DNA of 53,222 nucleotides, counting the filler, from Bipalium vagum (lineage: Eukaryota), in assembly GCA_037834085.1 (NCBI GenBank). It is 3 parts of 3 records of this genome, joined end to end, with 100 filler letters (N's around TTAATTAATTAA, not from the genome) between each part and the next. Parts side by side here need not be neighbours in the genome. Positions count along the whole stretch, not along the records: positions 36,504 to 53,222 come from JBBMKC010096860.1; 2 more parts are not named here. One strand, 5' to 3'. The notes under the pieces were generated by a model. That model was given only the letters and a program-made list of their open reading frames with translations. It ran no database searches and was not told the origin of the DNA. Shown one piece after another: positions 40,316 through 53,147 of the stretch (the stretch's first letter is position 1; each line of letters opens with the position of its first letter). The position numbers were made by a program, and so were the translations under genes.

Positions 40316-40684
40316 AAACAAACCTTTATCAGTTTTTTCAATAGTAATATTGATCCTATTTCTAGTCGGCATTATAGGGATTCTTATTTTCGGTGTCTTT
40401 AAATTATATCAACACACACAAGAGCGAGTAATTTTTATAATATAATTGCCTTTCAAATATCATTTTATAAATATTAGAAACTTTCTAGAATACAACCGGG
40501 TCCTTTATATGATTATCCTCAAACACCTTTATATACTCATCCAAACTATCAACAGCAACCTTATCCTCAACAAATCTATCCCCAACAATTATATCCTCAA
40601 CAGCAATACCCCCAGGTACCACATCGACAATATCCTGACCTTCAACATCCACAATATCCATATGCAGAACGTCCAAATCAATAA
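40316..40684 (+). CDS. Partial gene: small single-pass membrane protein with Tyr/Pro/Gln-rich tail; exons 40316-40427 and 40478-40684; start not found
   Basis: TM exon (SVFSIVILILFLVGIIGILIFGVFKLY) joins through a 50-nt GT-AG intron (40428-40477) to KLSRIQPGPLYDYPQTPLYTHPNYQQQPYPQQIYPQQLYPQQQYPQVPHRQYPDLQHPQYPYAERPNQ*. Confidence 0.6.
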
Positions 40685-42706
40685 AATCTATATTCTACCA
40701 GTTATTTCCTAATCAATAGAATAAAGTACAAAAATAATATCGAAATTTAATGTTATAAACAAACAGTCTTAAAAATATCAAAATTAATTTGTCTTATATA
40801 ACATTTTATTTTGGAATCGATTCATTCTTAAAATAAATTATATTATTAAAATTAATCAAGAAAAAACTGAAGTGATTTTATTTATTGATAAGTATGTTTG
40901 TCTTGAGGTTAATACAGGAATTATTGAAAGAATTTTATTAATATCTACCATATCTATCTATTCATATCAAAAAAAATAATATTATAAAATTAAAAATTGT
41001 AATATTATAATTTTGAGTCACACTGTTTTACAATTTTATTATTATTATATCTATATTATTTTTAAATAAGGAAGTTTAGAAAATATTGTTTTGTACATTT
41101 TTTTAAAAAATCACTATTTTAGAAATTTTATTTACAAAACAATTATTTTTTCAATAAGTATTCTGAGTTGTGTATTAAAAAAACTATTTTATAAAATGAT
41201 TAATGATTTCATTTTCGAGGGTTTTCTTCATTAGTTTTCTGAATTAGTTTTTTCTGTCTCGATCTGACAACAAACGACTCATTTACGATCCCTAAGATTA
41301 AGAATAAACTTTGTAGTCAACGGTTACATTCACCAGAAATAATAGTAGATGGTTTCAAAGTGGAAAATTCGACATCACAGCTGATGTGTGGAATAACCTT
41401 TTTAACAATTGGTTAAAACGCTTGCAAAAATGTGTTAATCTTGGTGAAGATTTTGAAAAAAAATAATACATTTTGAGTCTTTTTAATGACTGTATGTATA
41501 GCGTATGAAAACCTAGGCATTAAGTTTTATAATATTTTAATTTTTAGAATTTTTTTTCAAACTGTTGACAAATTCATTCTATCAAATACTAGTAGAAGTT
41601 GTAAAATAGATAAAACTGAATATTTTTATTAAGTGAAAAATTTGAATTATGAGGCTTTAAAATTAACGAAATACGTCTAAAATATTTTTTAAAAATTATT
41701 GTCGTATATCACATTAAAAGATGTAAGATAATCTATAAGATTTAAGGAGAATATTTTGTTATCCTAACATAGCTGAATAAATCAGTTCTCTAGTTCTAAG
41801 GGCTGCTGACCTGAATGAGCAGAAGCAAGTATTTAATCTGCTCACAGAACTGGAGAGCACAGTGATTATTCCGGAATGAAAACATTGAAAAAGAAGTTAC
41901 TGCCTAATTAAAATATTGTGATAAGTTTCCTTCGATCGGAAGCATTGATATTAAGATTTTACTTTTAAACCAAAACATTGATACAGAAATATACTTGAGT
42001 CAATTATTTGACTTGTTAAGTCGCTTTCGATGTACGCATATTCAGGGATTTGTGTTTGGGACTCTGTCGAATTTTCATGAGTTAAACCCGGGTAGTCTTT
42101 ATAGGTCCGAAACCGAAGTCGGCAAAAGGTAATATGATTAGTAATTTTAGCAATTTTATTTTAAACATTAAAAAAACTTTTTAACTTTATTATTAAAAAT
42201 TTTACCCGTATTTTATCCTTATAAATCACGATAGAAGGACCTTCGGTGATCGAAAATGTTATACATGTGCTTTGTAGGCCAAGACAACCTATAAGACACA
42301 TTTTAACTTTATTAACTTTTACTTGCCCTAATGATTACCTTTGAGAGGTGTAATGTTTATAAATTATAGTTTAATATTTCATTTTATTATATCATTTTTA
42401 TACTTTTTGTATTGTTTTATCGATTTAATAAGAATTTTAGAATTTGTTTATTTCTTTACGTAAATAATATTGATTAACACCGAACTCAAACATTGGAATC
42501 AGATAAATACTAGCTTTAAAAATAAGTAGCCCAATAATCTTGTTCCATTATTTACCCACTGCTTACTTTTTTAAACAATATAATACAAAATAATTAAAAG
42601 CTTCATTATGAAACAAATCTAGCATTAAACTTAAACATTTGCAATTTTAAAATTCAGTAGTCGGAATATTTTGTTTTGATATTGTGAGATAAATTGAAAA
42701 TTAGTC

Positions 42707-42774
42707 GATGGATGTAGCTCAGCAGTTAGAGTAGTTCCTGCGCATTTGAAAGATTTCGAATCCCGGTATCTCCA
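42707..42774 (+). pseudogene. tRNA-Ala-like pseudogene inside 5' LTR
   Basis: TAGCTCAG A-box-like motif; TTCGAATCCCGGTATCTCCA 3' end; 5' strand of T stem deleted. Confidence 0.65.
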
Positions 42775-42946
42775 TTTAATTTTCCACTAGCATGGCGACA
42801 ACACCAGGACAGTAACCAGCGGACGAGGTCTCGAAATGGAAAAAGTAAATGAATGGAATGGAAATAGAAGTAAAGAGACTCTGTGTAGTTAAGGGTATGG
42901 ATGTGAGATTTAAAGGAGGAGATGTGAGATAAATTGAAATTTAGTC

Positions 42947-43018
42947 GGAATGTAGCTCAATGGTCAAAGCAGTCTATGTGCATGTGAAGGGCCCCGGGTT
43001 CGAATCCCGGTATATCCA
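42947..43018 (+). pseudogene. tRNA-Ala(TGC)-like pseudogene inside 3' LTR
   Basis: A box TAGCTCAATGG, central TGC, intact T arm CCGGG-TTCGAAT-CCCGG, end TATATCCA; acceptor and anticodon stems imperfect. Confidence 0.7.
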
Positions 43019-44118
43019 ATTAATTTTCAACTAACAGATTATTTAGAAGAATTTACCTTTGAGATTATCTGAGGAAATTAAACAAAAGAGTTGGTTATCC
43101 AGATACCTCTTAAGAATTATGCTAATTTTTTTATGGGGGGCAATCAATCAATTCTGTGGAATTTGGTCTTTTTTAGACGATTCTAACTGATCACACAGTT
43201 AATGGTTGAAATTCTCACGTTGGTAAGATTTCTTAGCATTTTTAAGACATAATTTTATCTATTCTTTGTGATATTTACATTGTCATTTCACTAACTAGTA
43301 ATTGGTGATTTTGTTATTTATTTGAATTTGTTTACATTTTATTCTTTTTTTAATTAATTATTGATTTGAATTATTATTAATAAAGAATTATATAAATCTA
43401 GTGGGCGGGAATTGTGTTATCTAGTAAATTTTTGATTACTTGCATTGATTGAACAAGAACTACTTTTATTTTGTGCAAGACATTGTATTGTTAATAAGAT
43501 TTAAATGTTGAACTGATTATTTTCTTTTTTTCCTATTTTTACACCAACTTGTAGTATTGAAAAGAATTGCGACTTAGTGTTTAAATAAATAATAATAAGT
43601 TTTAATATAATTTTTTGTTACAAATGAGACCACATAAACTTATTCACCAAATTAATAATTTTAATTGCTTAAATTAAAATCTATACACTTTTGTATTCTG
43701 TCAAACCAATCATTGAAACACTTATTGAAAATAATCTGCAGCCTTTTTGGTTCATGAAAACCACTGCTCACGCAATGTTTTTGATGGAACCAAATGTGAA
43801 GAATATGTATTTATTAAAAAATTGGGTTGTAATAGATGATGCTAAATTAAAGTTAAATGATTTAAATTATTTTATTCCTAAAATAACTTTAGATAAGGAA
43901 TCTGAATTAAAATGATAAAATATTCTTAAAGTTAAATTTTAAGTTTTTCTGATCGTAAAAAGATTCTTTAGATTCAACAGAAATTACTACATTTCAAAAT
44001 TTTTTGAAATCTGTACATCTTTCTGTAACTTTTAATTGGTTTTGTATTTAATTTTTTGAAATGACTGTAATATAACTGCAATTAGGATTTTATTGTTGTT
44101 GATCAACAGTCTGGTATT

Positions 44119-45515
44119 TCACAATTTGACTTTTTTGCGAAATTCTTGATCTACGGAAAATTCTGTAAAATTGTAACTTTTGGAATCGGCTAATCGACTC
44201 AACAGAATTTGAAGATTATTCATTGAATCGAGTTCTTCCTTGATGTACCCTTTTAAAACGAACTTGGTCTACAAGGAAATGGAGATATTAATAATATTTT
44301 TAGAAAATTACATTCGGATCTTTTAATCTAATGCTTTCTTTAATTATTTTTAGAAAATTTTCATTTATTTGTTTCTCTGTGTCAAAAGCTACTTCTAATC
44401 CAGATTTTCCACTGTAACCAACATGTGCTTCAAAAAAATATGTTCCTTGTATACTGTTTAATTCTTGTTTTTTATTTATTTCAGGCTAAAATAATATATA
44501 AATATATATATTTCAGAAAATTAATAATTAATTACATAAATAAACTTCGGTATGAAGCTACCACCTCTTTTGTTCAAGTATGACGTTAAACTTCTTGCAT
44601 GGCTAAGCTTTTCATCAGACTTTCCAATAAAAAACTTAGCAAATCCCATAAGGCCCACAGTTGGCTTATTAAAGTAATTTGCCTTTAAAATGATAGAGGA
44701 AAATTATTTTTATATTAGATGAAAACTCTTTGTACATAAAATGAATTAATCAATTTAAATAATTAATTTCATCCTAAATTCAGAACACTAAAAAAAAGGA
44801 AATAAATGACCAAACGCTTATTTCATTCATCAAAAATATACAGGACTTGTACTCTCCTTTGCAATATGTACCTTCATTTTAAAAGTAGGAAAATCAAATT
44901 TAAATTCGTTTAAATGCATAATTAAATACGTTTTAAAATTTTTTGAATAATCATACCTGACCATAATCATAAGGAAGCCATTATCGATGAATAAAATTTG
45001 TATTGTAATTTTGGCAAAATGTGGGTTAATAAATTCAAAATTGATTTACATATATTCAATATATTCAGTTCTTAAATTCAAAAATAATTATATTTTTTAT
45101 ATTACACATTAATCTCTTATTTATATTAAATTTCATAAAAATCTCAATATTTATAAGTATTGGAAGTTTAGACCAAGAAATTATTTATTAATAATTTTGA
45201 ATAAAATTTTATTATTATTATCAAAAATTAATTATTAAAGTTTAAAAAAACTCAGTTGTCATTGAAATTAATTAAAGAATTTGCAATCAATGGCACGATG
45301 AAACGTTAATTTTTAATTTACTTTACTTTTAAAAAGACATTTTAGATAAAATGTTAAAAATAATATTATTACCATTGTCTGGTATGTATAAAACGAAATA
45401 TATTTCAAGTTTATTTGTTCATTTAGCAACTGCTCAATATCCTCGTGGAAATTCTGGCGCATATTCAATTCTATTTCCTTGTTTGATTCCTCCTTTGGGC
45501 AAAAGGAAGATTTCA
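44119..45515 (-). CDS. Divergent ferritin subunit; exons 45515-45373, 44682-44536, 44485-44312, 44268-44119; upstream exon likely but not placed
   Basis: Spliced product ...MRQNFHEDIEQLLNEQINLKYISFYTYQTM|ANYFNKPTVGLMGFAKFFIGKSDEKLSHARSLTSYLNKRGG...|...GLEVAFDTEKQINENFL...KDPN|TKFVLKGYIKEELDSM...TEFSVDQEFRKKVKL* follows ferritin helices A-E. Three phase-0 GT-AG introns (690, 50, 43 nt) at typical animal ferritin positions. Confidence 0.88.
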
Positions 45516-48500
45516 CTAGATGAAAAAATAATTTGAATTTTAAAACTTAAATTTATTATTTAATTTGATAAAATATGATTTTAAACGTAAAAATATTATA
45601 ACTATAATGTTTAAATTAGTTCTTAAGATCAACAAGATTACAGTGCACATTCGATATAATCATGAAACCTGACATTTAAAAACCATTTTTAAAAAGTTTA
45701 CTTATAAGAAAATGCTGTTTTAAAATTGGTAAATTAAAAATTTGTAAAACATTGTAATAAGAAAGAATAAATGCAAAACCAGAGATAAAAAATTATTTAT
45801 TGGTTTAGTTTTTTATTAACTGCTTTTTCTCCACTTCTTCAAAGAAGAATTTAATGAACTTACAGTCTTTTACATTAAAAGCATCAATCACCTTATGAAT
45901 ATCTAAGTCAATAACATTAATACCATTACAGTTTCATCCAAAACTTCTTCTTAGCCACCGTTTTCTTCTACAAGTATACTATATTCATTTTCTCCACCTG
46001 TAGATCCATAACATTAGGTGCAACTTGCCATGAGCAACTTATTCTTTTTAATATAATACATTGTATACTAATCCAATTTTGTAGTAGTTGTATACTTGAT
46101 GAATTGAATAATTATTTTCTTGGACAATGTTTATAAATCGGATATAGTTAAGATACGAATACCGTATTTTTTATTTTAATTATTCAACCATCAATCAATT
46201 CTCTGAAGATATGTTGAATATGTATATACCTGGATTTCAATTTTAGCATATCATTGGTTACGATATTTTTCATAGATTATTATTGGAAAAAACTAATGAT
46301 GTAAAAATCTTTCAATTCTGGAAACTTAGACTGCTTTATTCTGCACTTGGGTTTTGAAATTGTTGACTTCTCAAAGTTTCATTTCATGCATAACAATTTT
46401 GTTTTTGTCCTATTTTTAATTTTCTACATGATATCGATCTTCTGTATGATTGTAAGTGACTTTCTCATAATATTTTATAAGAAATCGTAAATAGATTTAT
46501 AAATTTTAATATTAAAAACAATGTTTTAATCACAATAATTATTAATTAATTAAATGGTATAACAAATATACATAAAAATAAATTTAAATGTTGATTATAC
46601 AAAATATTTTTGACATTAAAATAAGTGAATATATCAAATTGACTATATCGAAAAGTTTCTTTAATCGTCGGGGACTAAATCAAACGCTCAATGCATTTAA
46701 ATGTTCAAATAAACATCACAAAAATTACATAATTAATCATAAAATTAAAGTAACCAACAGATTTATAATCTAAAACCGACAATATTGTATAAGTTGCCTA
46801 AAATGCAGATTGAAATTTAACCTATAAAACCAATTTTATTCGATAAATTGTACCCAACTCAAAGTAGTACACGTTCTTAATAAATTATTAAAACTACCAA
46901 CGGAAAGTACATGTGAAGTGAAAGGCAACTGTGAGTTTTACAATTTACTAAAACTAAGAGTATTGATAATTAAAATATAGATGAAAACTTTTATAAAAAA
47001 GAAAATAGATAAAAGGCTTAAAAAGGAAAGTTAAATGTAATATTAGTAACAACAGACTTAAATTTTTTTTTAAAATCAAGAATATGTTTTTTTTTGTGAC
47101 AGGGAGTCTAGCAGGCGTTCGGAACGGTAAGACTTGTTTTTGTGTCTTGCAAAGGTGCGTGTGTGTGATGATTAATTGGAAGGAGAGATGATTTGATTGG
47201 ATATTTGTCGAAAAGTCAAGATTATGTGTCTGTTTGTGAGTAGTTTGTTTAATATTGTCTGACTCGGCTTATCGCTTACTAATTATTCATTGGTGGAAGA
47301 AAAACAACAAGAATATGCTTACTTGACTACAGATATTATCGATCGCAACAATAAATCATCGCCGCTATTCTGACATCTAAGGAATATATTGATGGAAATA
47401 CTTTAAAAATTGTTTCTGATACTGTTTCAATTAAAAAGATAAAGTTAGATTTTTTATTTTATTCTTGTTTTATGATAACGATAATATTATATTATATAAT
47501 TTTGGTTAATTAGTTTTGTGTATAATATAATAATAATATTATTATAACAAATTAAAAAAATTTAAATTATAATTACAACTTTTCCATATTAAATAATAAA
47601 TATTTATTTTCATTGATGACTTTTATTAAACCTAATCCATTTATTTATTCAGCTTGGGTGAACACGTTTGGGCTGAGCTGAATAATTAAAGCTTCCCGAT
47701 TGATCAGCCTCAGAGTCAATTATTCAGCTCAGGTGGCTAGGGTCGCTTTGAACTGGATAATTGAAAGTTCCGGGTTTCTGCGTAATCAAAACCAGAAGAG
47801 GAAAAATATCCCTGCTATGATTAGTGATTAGCTAATGGAGGAAAAATAGGTAGTATATAAGCAACTTCCAGATTCTCCTCAGTCAGAAGAAATATTGAGC
47901 AGAACAAAAATTGAACAGGACAACACCAGAATAAAATTAAAGCTGGAGAACAAATTCGAACAGAACAAAAATTAAAATTAATTCGAGATAATCAGATAAT
48001 CATATTTTTGTGTGCACATCATTTAGCGAAAAAAGTAATTAATTTATAATTGATAAAAATTAGTCATATTATAATTAAACAATAATACTAGAATGAAAAA
48101 GACAATATTTAATCTACCTATCGGACTGTGAAAGAGATTGAATAGTTGGACTTCATGAATGTCAAATAAATTTCAGGACATTTTCCAGAAAATTTTGTAG
48201 ATATCATTCCACTATTTTATGGACATGAGATTCGTAGTATGAGAAAGACTTGGAGTGTCGTTGCAGTAGACATCATGGTAGCACCAATGAACGTCAGAAT
48301 AAGCATCTTCATCTCCCAAGTGTTATAGACATATTTATGCCGAACACAAAAATTGACATAAATTGGATAATGAACTTCTGAAAAAAGATGCCCTTCAACA
48401 CTATTTATCGAAGATTGAGTAGTATTGGTCTTTACTTATACTGTTCAAAATGATTTTTACCATTGATATCTGTTTATGATAAAATTGTGGACGATCGAGA

Positions 48501-49959
48501 ATGAGAATGAGATATTACCAAGTCACAAGGGAGTTACACCTGGAATTATGATATTGGATGCAGTATGAATTGAATTTCGGTCATGTTTTGTATTTTTTCA
48601 AAAGTGAGGAGAATCGCAGTTACCTCTTGTTTCTTTCTCAATATTATTATGTAAGTATCTATATAGTTATAGAAATAAAAATAAAATATAGTTGATTGCA
48701 AAAGATTTGCTTTGATTTCAGAAATTAATTAATAATTATATTATTATTATTATTATTATTACATTTATTATTAGTATTAGTAATAGTAGTAGTATTATTA
48801 ATAGATGCCGGTAAAATATTTATTATCAAATAGTCTATTATGAATTATCTAAGTCTTTATACTAATTGAATAGATCGAAATTTTTCTGCAAATAAAATTA
48901 ATTGTCTATTTTTTCTTAATGGAATTTTCAGACTAGTGAATTAAAGATGCGCTTTGAAAATTCTTTTACTTTTCTTAAGAATATATTAATAATAATATAT
49001 GATTATTATTATTTTATTTTATTAATATTATTTTATTTTATTATTAATTTATTATTATTACATTATTATTATTATCATTATCGAAAGAATAAGAAATAGC
49101 AAAAATAATGTTTTGAGAAATTTTTATAAAATTGAGAGATTTTAAACTGAGGAGAATAAAATGTAATTTATTCACAAATCTTAAACCGACTTTAATTAAT
49201 TCATAATACGACGAAAGAAATGTTTAAATAATACAATTAATTTTATATAATTAAAGAATGCTATTTATTTAAAGATAGGTGACAGTAAAGTTTTTAAAAC
49301 ATGAAAAATAAGAGTCCTTATAAAGTTTTATAACGTCGTTATACATTTTATTGTGATCCTTTATTTTAAATTCATTGATATGCATCGATGAGTACATAAG
49401 AAATTATGAGAAATCTGTTTCAAATTTACTGTATCTAGAGTTCAGAGAAATACAATATAATAAAAGAATAATTAAACAAAGAAAAAATACGTGTAAATAA
49501 TATGAAAATATTCAGCCGTGCTAGACAAACCGCCAAAAGTTGTGTACATTGTGTGATATTTTATTAAAATTTTATTTTATTAATACGAGAAAAATGAAAA
49601 AATTCAAAATGAGATTCTCCGCTGTGTGATGGTTGGGTTTATAATCAAATTACAACATATAAATATGCATTCTCCATACATTCGACTTTGAAAACATATA
49701 ACATTCAGATTTCTGCACGTCAGTTAATTAAAAATTTAAGAAAAAATAATGAACATCCATCTTTACAAATTCTTCTCAGAATATCAACATTAAAAATAAT
49801 TTTTATTGGTTATAATTATTTAGAAATTTAAAATAATATCTTTTCAAAACTTTGGAAAATGAAAAAAAGTTTTCAAATATTTATTCGGAATCTTAATTTT
49901 ATTTTCATTAAGAACAACATAAAAATAAACATTTTCAATTTTAAAAAATTTTACATTTA

Positions 49960-50265
49960 TAATATATAATAATATATTTATATATACAATTTTTATTATA
50001 TATTCATATTATATAATTATTACAAAATAATTATATTATATATTTATATTATTTTTTTTATTATTTCTTATTTATATAATAATTATTAAATTATATTTAT
50101 ATTATATATTCATATTATATAATTATTAATATTTATTTATTATTATAATTATAATTATATATTCATATTATATAATTATTATTATATATTCATATTATTT
50201 AATTATTATATTATATTCATATTATATAATTATTTTATCTATATTTGTGTAATATATATAATATT
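49960..50265. repeat. AT-rich degenerate minisatellite
   Basis: Unit TATATTCATATTATATAATTATT recurs about five times. Confidence 0.75.
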
Positions 50266-52104
50266 TGAGGTAATGAATAAATATTTTTAAACTCCTTTAA
50301 ATTTTTCCTAAAATTCTTCAAGAGATTTCATTTCTTTTGTGTAGGTTTATTTTCAATTTTCTTATTAATTTAAGTATATTATATATAATTCTGTTATTTA
50401 AAATAGAAAAAAATAAAATTATTAAATCATGCAAATTAGTTAATTTCATGAAAAAATTACTCGAACATATTTGCGTTTGCATGAAAGAATTAAACCATGA
50501 ATATATAATTATTTCATTATATTTAGTGGAATATTAAAAATGTGAATGAATTAATAATATTTTAAGAAGTTCCTGTTGAGAACATCACAATGATTAATGT
50601 GTGAAGTAATTTTATGAAAACAGCTTACCAAAAAATAGTAGAATAAATGTTGATATAATCAATATTCTGAGGTCTTGCATTAAAAAATTAAATAAAATTA
50701 AAAATTTTCAGTTTAATATTTAAGTATGATGTAATATTAAGTTCAAGTGTATTTTCAACAGGTAACACAAAGTTCAATATTCGTGTTTCTGTTTCGAGTA
50801 GGCATTGTGTGACTTGTATTATAGGCATACAATTATTATCAAAATATTATATTATATATTAAGAAAATATCTTTTTTAACAAAAAATTGTACTATTATAA
50901 CTGGTATTATTATATCTGTAAAAATATTTAAAATTAAAATCAATAAATATCGAAGAGAACAAATTTAATTTTTTTTAAATTAAATATTTCTTCAATTATT
51001 CAAAAATGACAACTTCACTACTCAGTAATCCTTAATAAAATTTTTTTAAGAAAATCTTTACGAATTCATTTTTTTTACAAATAATTATTAAAATAAAATT
51101 GGTAGTTTCCATCTATAAATATTTTAAAAGTGAAATCATTGATTGATAGTTTAAAATCAATAACAGAAAAGCACAGTGAATTCTCTTTATTTAAATATAA
51201 AAATAATTATGTGAAATAAGCAAATACGAAATTGAACTTGAATTTTTTATTATGCCTAAAATTGTTTACTTTCACAATTGTTCATTGAAACTGTATGTGA
51301 TGCTCACATAAATATATAAAGATAAATAATTTCATTCATAAGAACAAATAATTATATTTCAGCAAGGTCGCTGTTATTCGGAATGAAAAATTATGATTTT
51401 TCAATATTTGTAAAGATTAATGTGTTAAAACAATGTTGTACAGGCCAAAGAAAAATCAGTTTCCTTGTCGAAAGATTTCTTAATTTTTAAAAAATAAAAA
51501 CGTAAAGATTCACATTGGTGATTGATTAAATTCTTTTATATGAAATAAAAATTCGAATCAATAATGACTATCCTCCATTGTTGGAATCTGTGGCAACTAT
51601 CATCCTATTCTCAGAAATTTTTACTTTTTCTCTTTTTTCTTAAATGTTTAGACATTCTTCAATTTCTTGTCTGATCGTTTTCAGATGTTTAAAACAAAAG
51701 ATTTAGTTTGACAATTATCTTTACGTTCACGAACCCATTTCCAAAACTATTTTTTTATATTTTTGCGCTTTTGAAATTTTATCCTAATAAGGTTTTCTAA
51801 ACGTTTTAATGTATTTGAACGTTAAATATTCTATTGATAATAATCAATATTTGCAAATTATTATTGCACAAAATCCATTGTGTAACAGAAACTTTTAAAT
51901 ATTATCATTTGGATCTTTCTTTTCTATAAGAATACTAAGATAATTTGAAAGTATATCGATTTTAAAGGTGTACTTTTAAAAGCTGTCATGTTTATGTTAT
52001 AATAACTATAAATAATTTAAGGGGTTACTTTGATTATTATATTTCTAGCCGTTTTACTTTAAATAAGATAACTTTATTTTAATATTTTTAAAATGTTCAC
52101 TATA

Positions 52105-52189
52105 CAGTGGAACCTCTATATAACAACATTCTCTATATATCGACAGTTTGGCCGTTCCCAAGGAGTTTAGTTATAATGAGGTTTAACTG
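52105..52189. mobile_element. pogo/Tigger-type MITE (85 bp)
   Basis: TA-CAGTGGAACCTC...GAGGTTTAACTG-TA: imperfect TIRs with TA flanks. Confidence 0.7.
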
Positions 52190-53147
52190 TATTAGATAAA
52201 AGTATAAAAATACTAAATTTGACCTTTATTATTCATTTTACTATAATTAAAAATTCAAATGCATTGATGGATTTATTTAAACAAAACTTACAAATATAGT
52301 TTAATCGTAAAATATGAAATTGTTGAGAATAGTTATTAAAAATATTATTTTTTGATAAAAAAAAATTAAACAATCAAAATCACGGAAACTTTTAATACAA
52401 CCTTATATATGAAGTATCGAATTATGTCAAGGATTTTAAATCTTACTACTAATCCTCAGTTAAATTTAATTCGAATTATATGAATTTAATTTAACAAGAA
52501 CTTGTCTTGGGTAAAATAAAATTTAAAATTAAATAAAAAGTATTTTAAAACGAAAATTTTTACAAAAATGTTTATCAAGACTTAGTATTCTTATTATCGG
52601 TCTAATGCAAATAAGAGGCTGTTATTATTGTTTGAATTTGTTAACAAAACATTCTCATCTCAAGCAGAATTTTCAAATCAATTAACCATTTTCATTTAAG
52701 GAAGGCAATTCGACTAGAACAAAAGAGTAACAAAAAGAAAAATGATCAAATAGATTATGGAATTATCTTATTACCCTTGAATTCATTCCTTAAGGGTGTG
52801 AAAATTTGGATTAGGATTCCTATCAAAGTATAAAGGAACTATCAAGAAAATAGTGTATTGAAAAATTAAACTGATTTCTCAAGTAGAAAAGATATTCTGG
52901 AATCTTTTTTTCATTATTAATTTTATTAAAAAAAATGAATTCTGTCTTTTTCAAAATTTTAAGCTCTATTCTGAAAACTAATACTTTGTTTCTTTGAAAG
53001 AACCTCAGTTGATTTATTATTTTATTTTATATAAATTTTCAAAATAAAAATATTTTTATAATTAAAATTTTCTTTTATTTATTGATTATATATAATGAAA
53101 AATATTTTAATGATTTGACTGATTCAATAAATAAAAACAAAATAATA

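Larger units (their letters stand above)
42683..43036 (+). mobile_element. Non-autonomous miniature LTR retrotransposon (TRIM) with tRNA-derived sequence in both LTRs
   Basis: Direct repeats 42683-42792 and 42923-43036, both TG...CA. PBS-like TGGCGACAACACCAGGAC immediately after the 5' repeat. Purine tract AAAGGAGGAGA immediately before the 3' repeat. 130-bp internal region. Confidence 0.8.

Noticed and set aside
40446-40712. 88-aa plus and 63-aa minus ORFs
   Set aside because: Off-frame or antisense readings of the YPQQ exon.
42707-43018. Two functional tRNA-Ala genes
   Set aside because: Acceptor and anticodon stems do not pair properly, the 5' copy lacks half the T stem, and both sit within LTR-like repeats.
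48130-48640. Possible Helitron Pif1 helicase remnant on the minus strand
   Set aside because: Too decayed; no intact Walker A motif.
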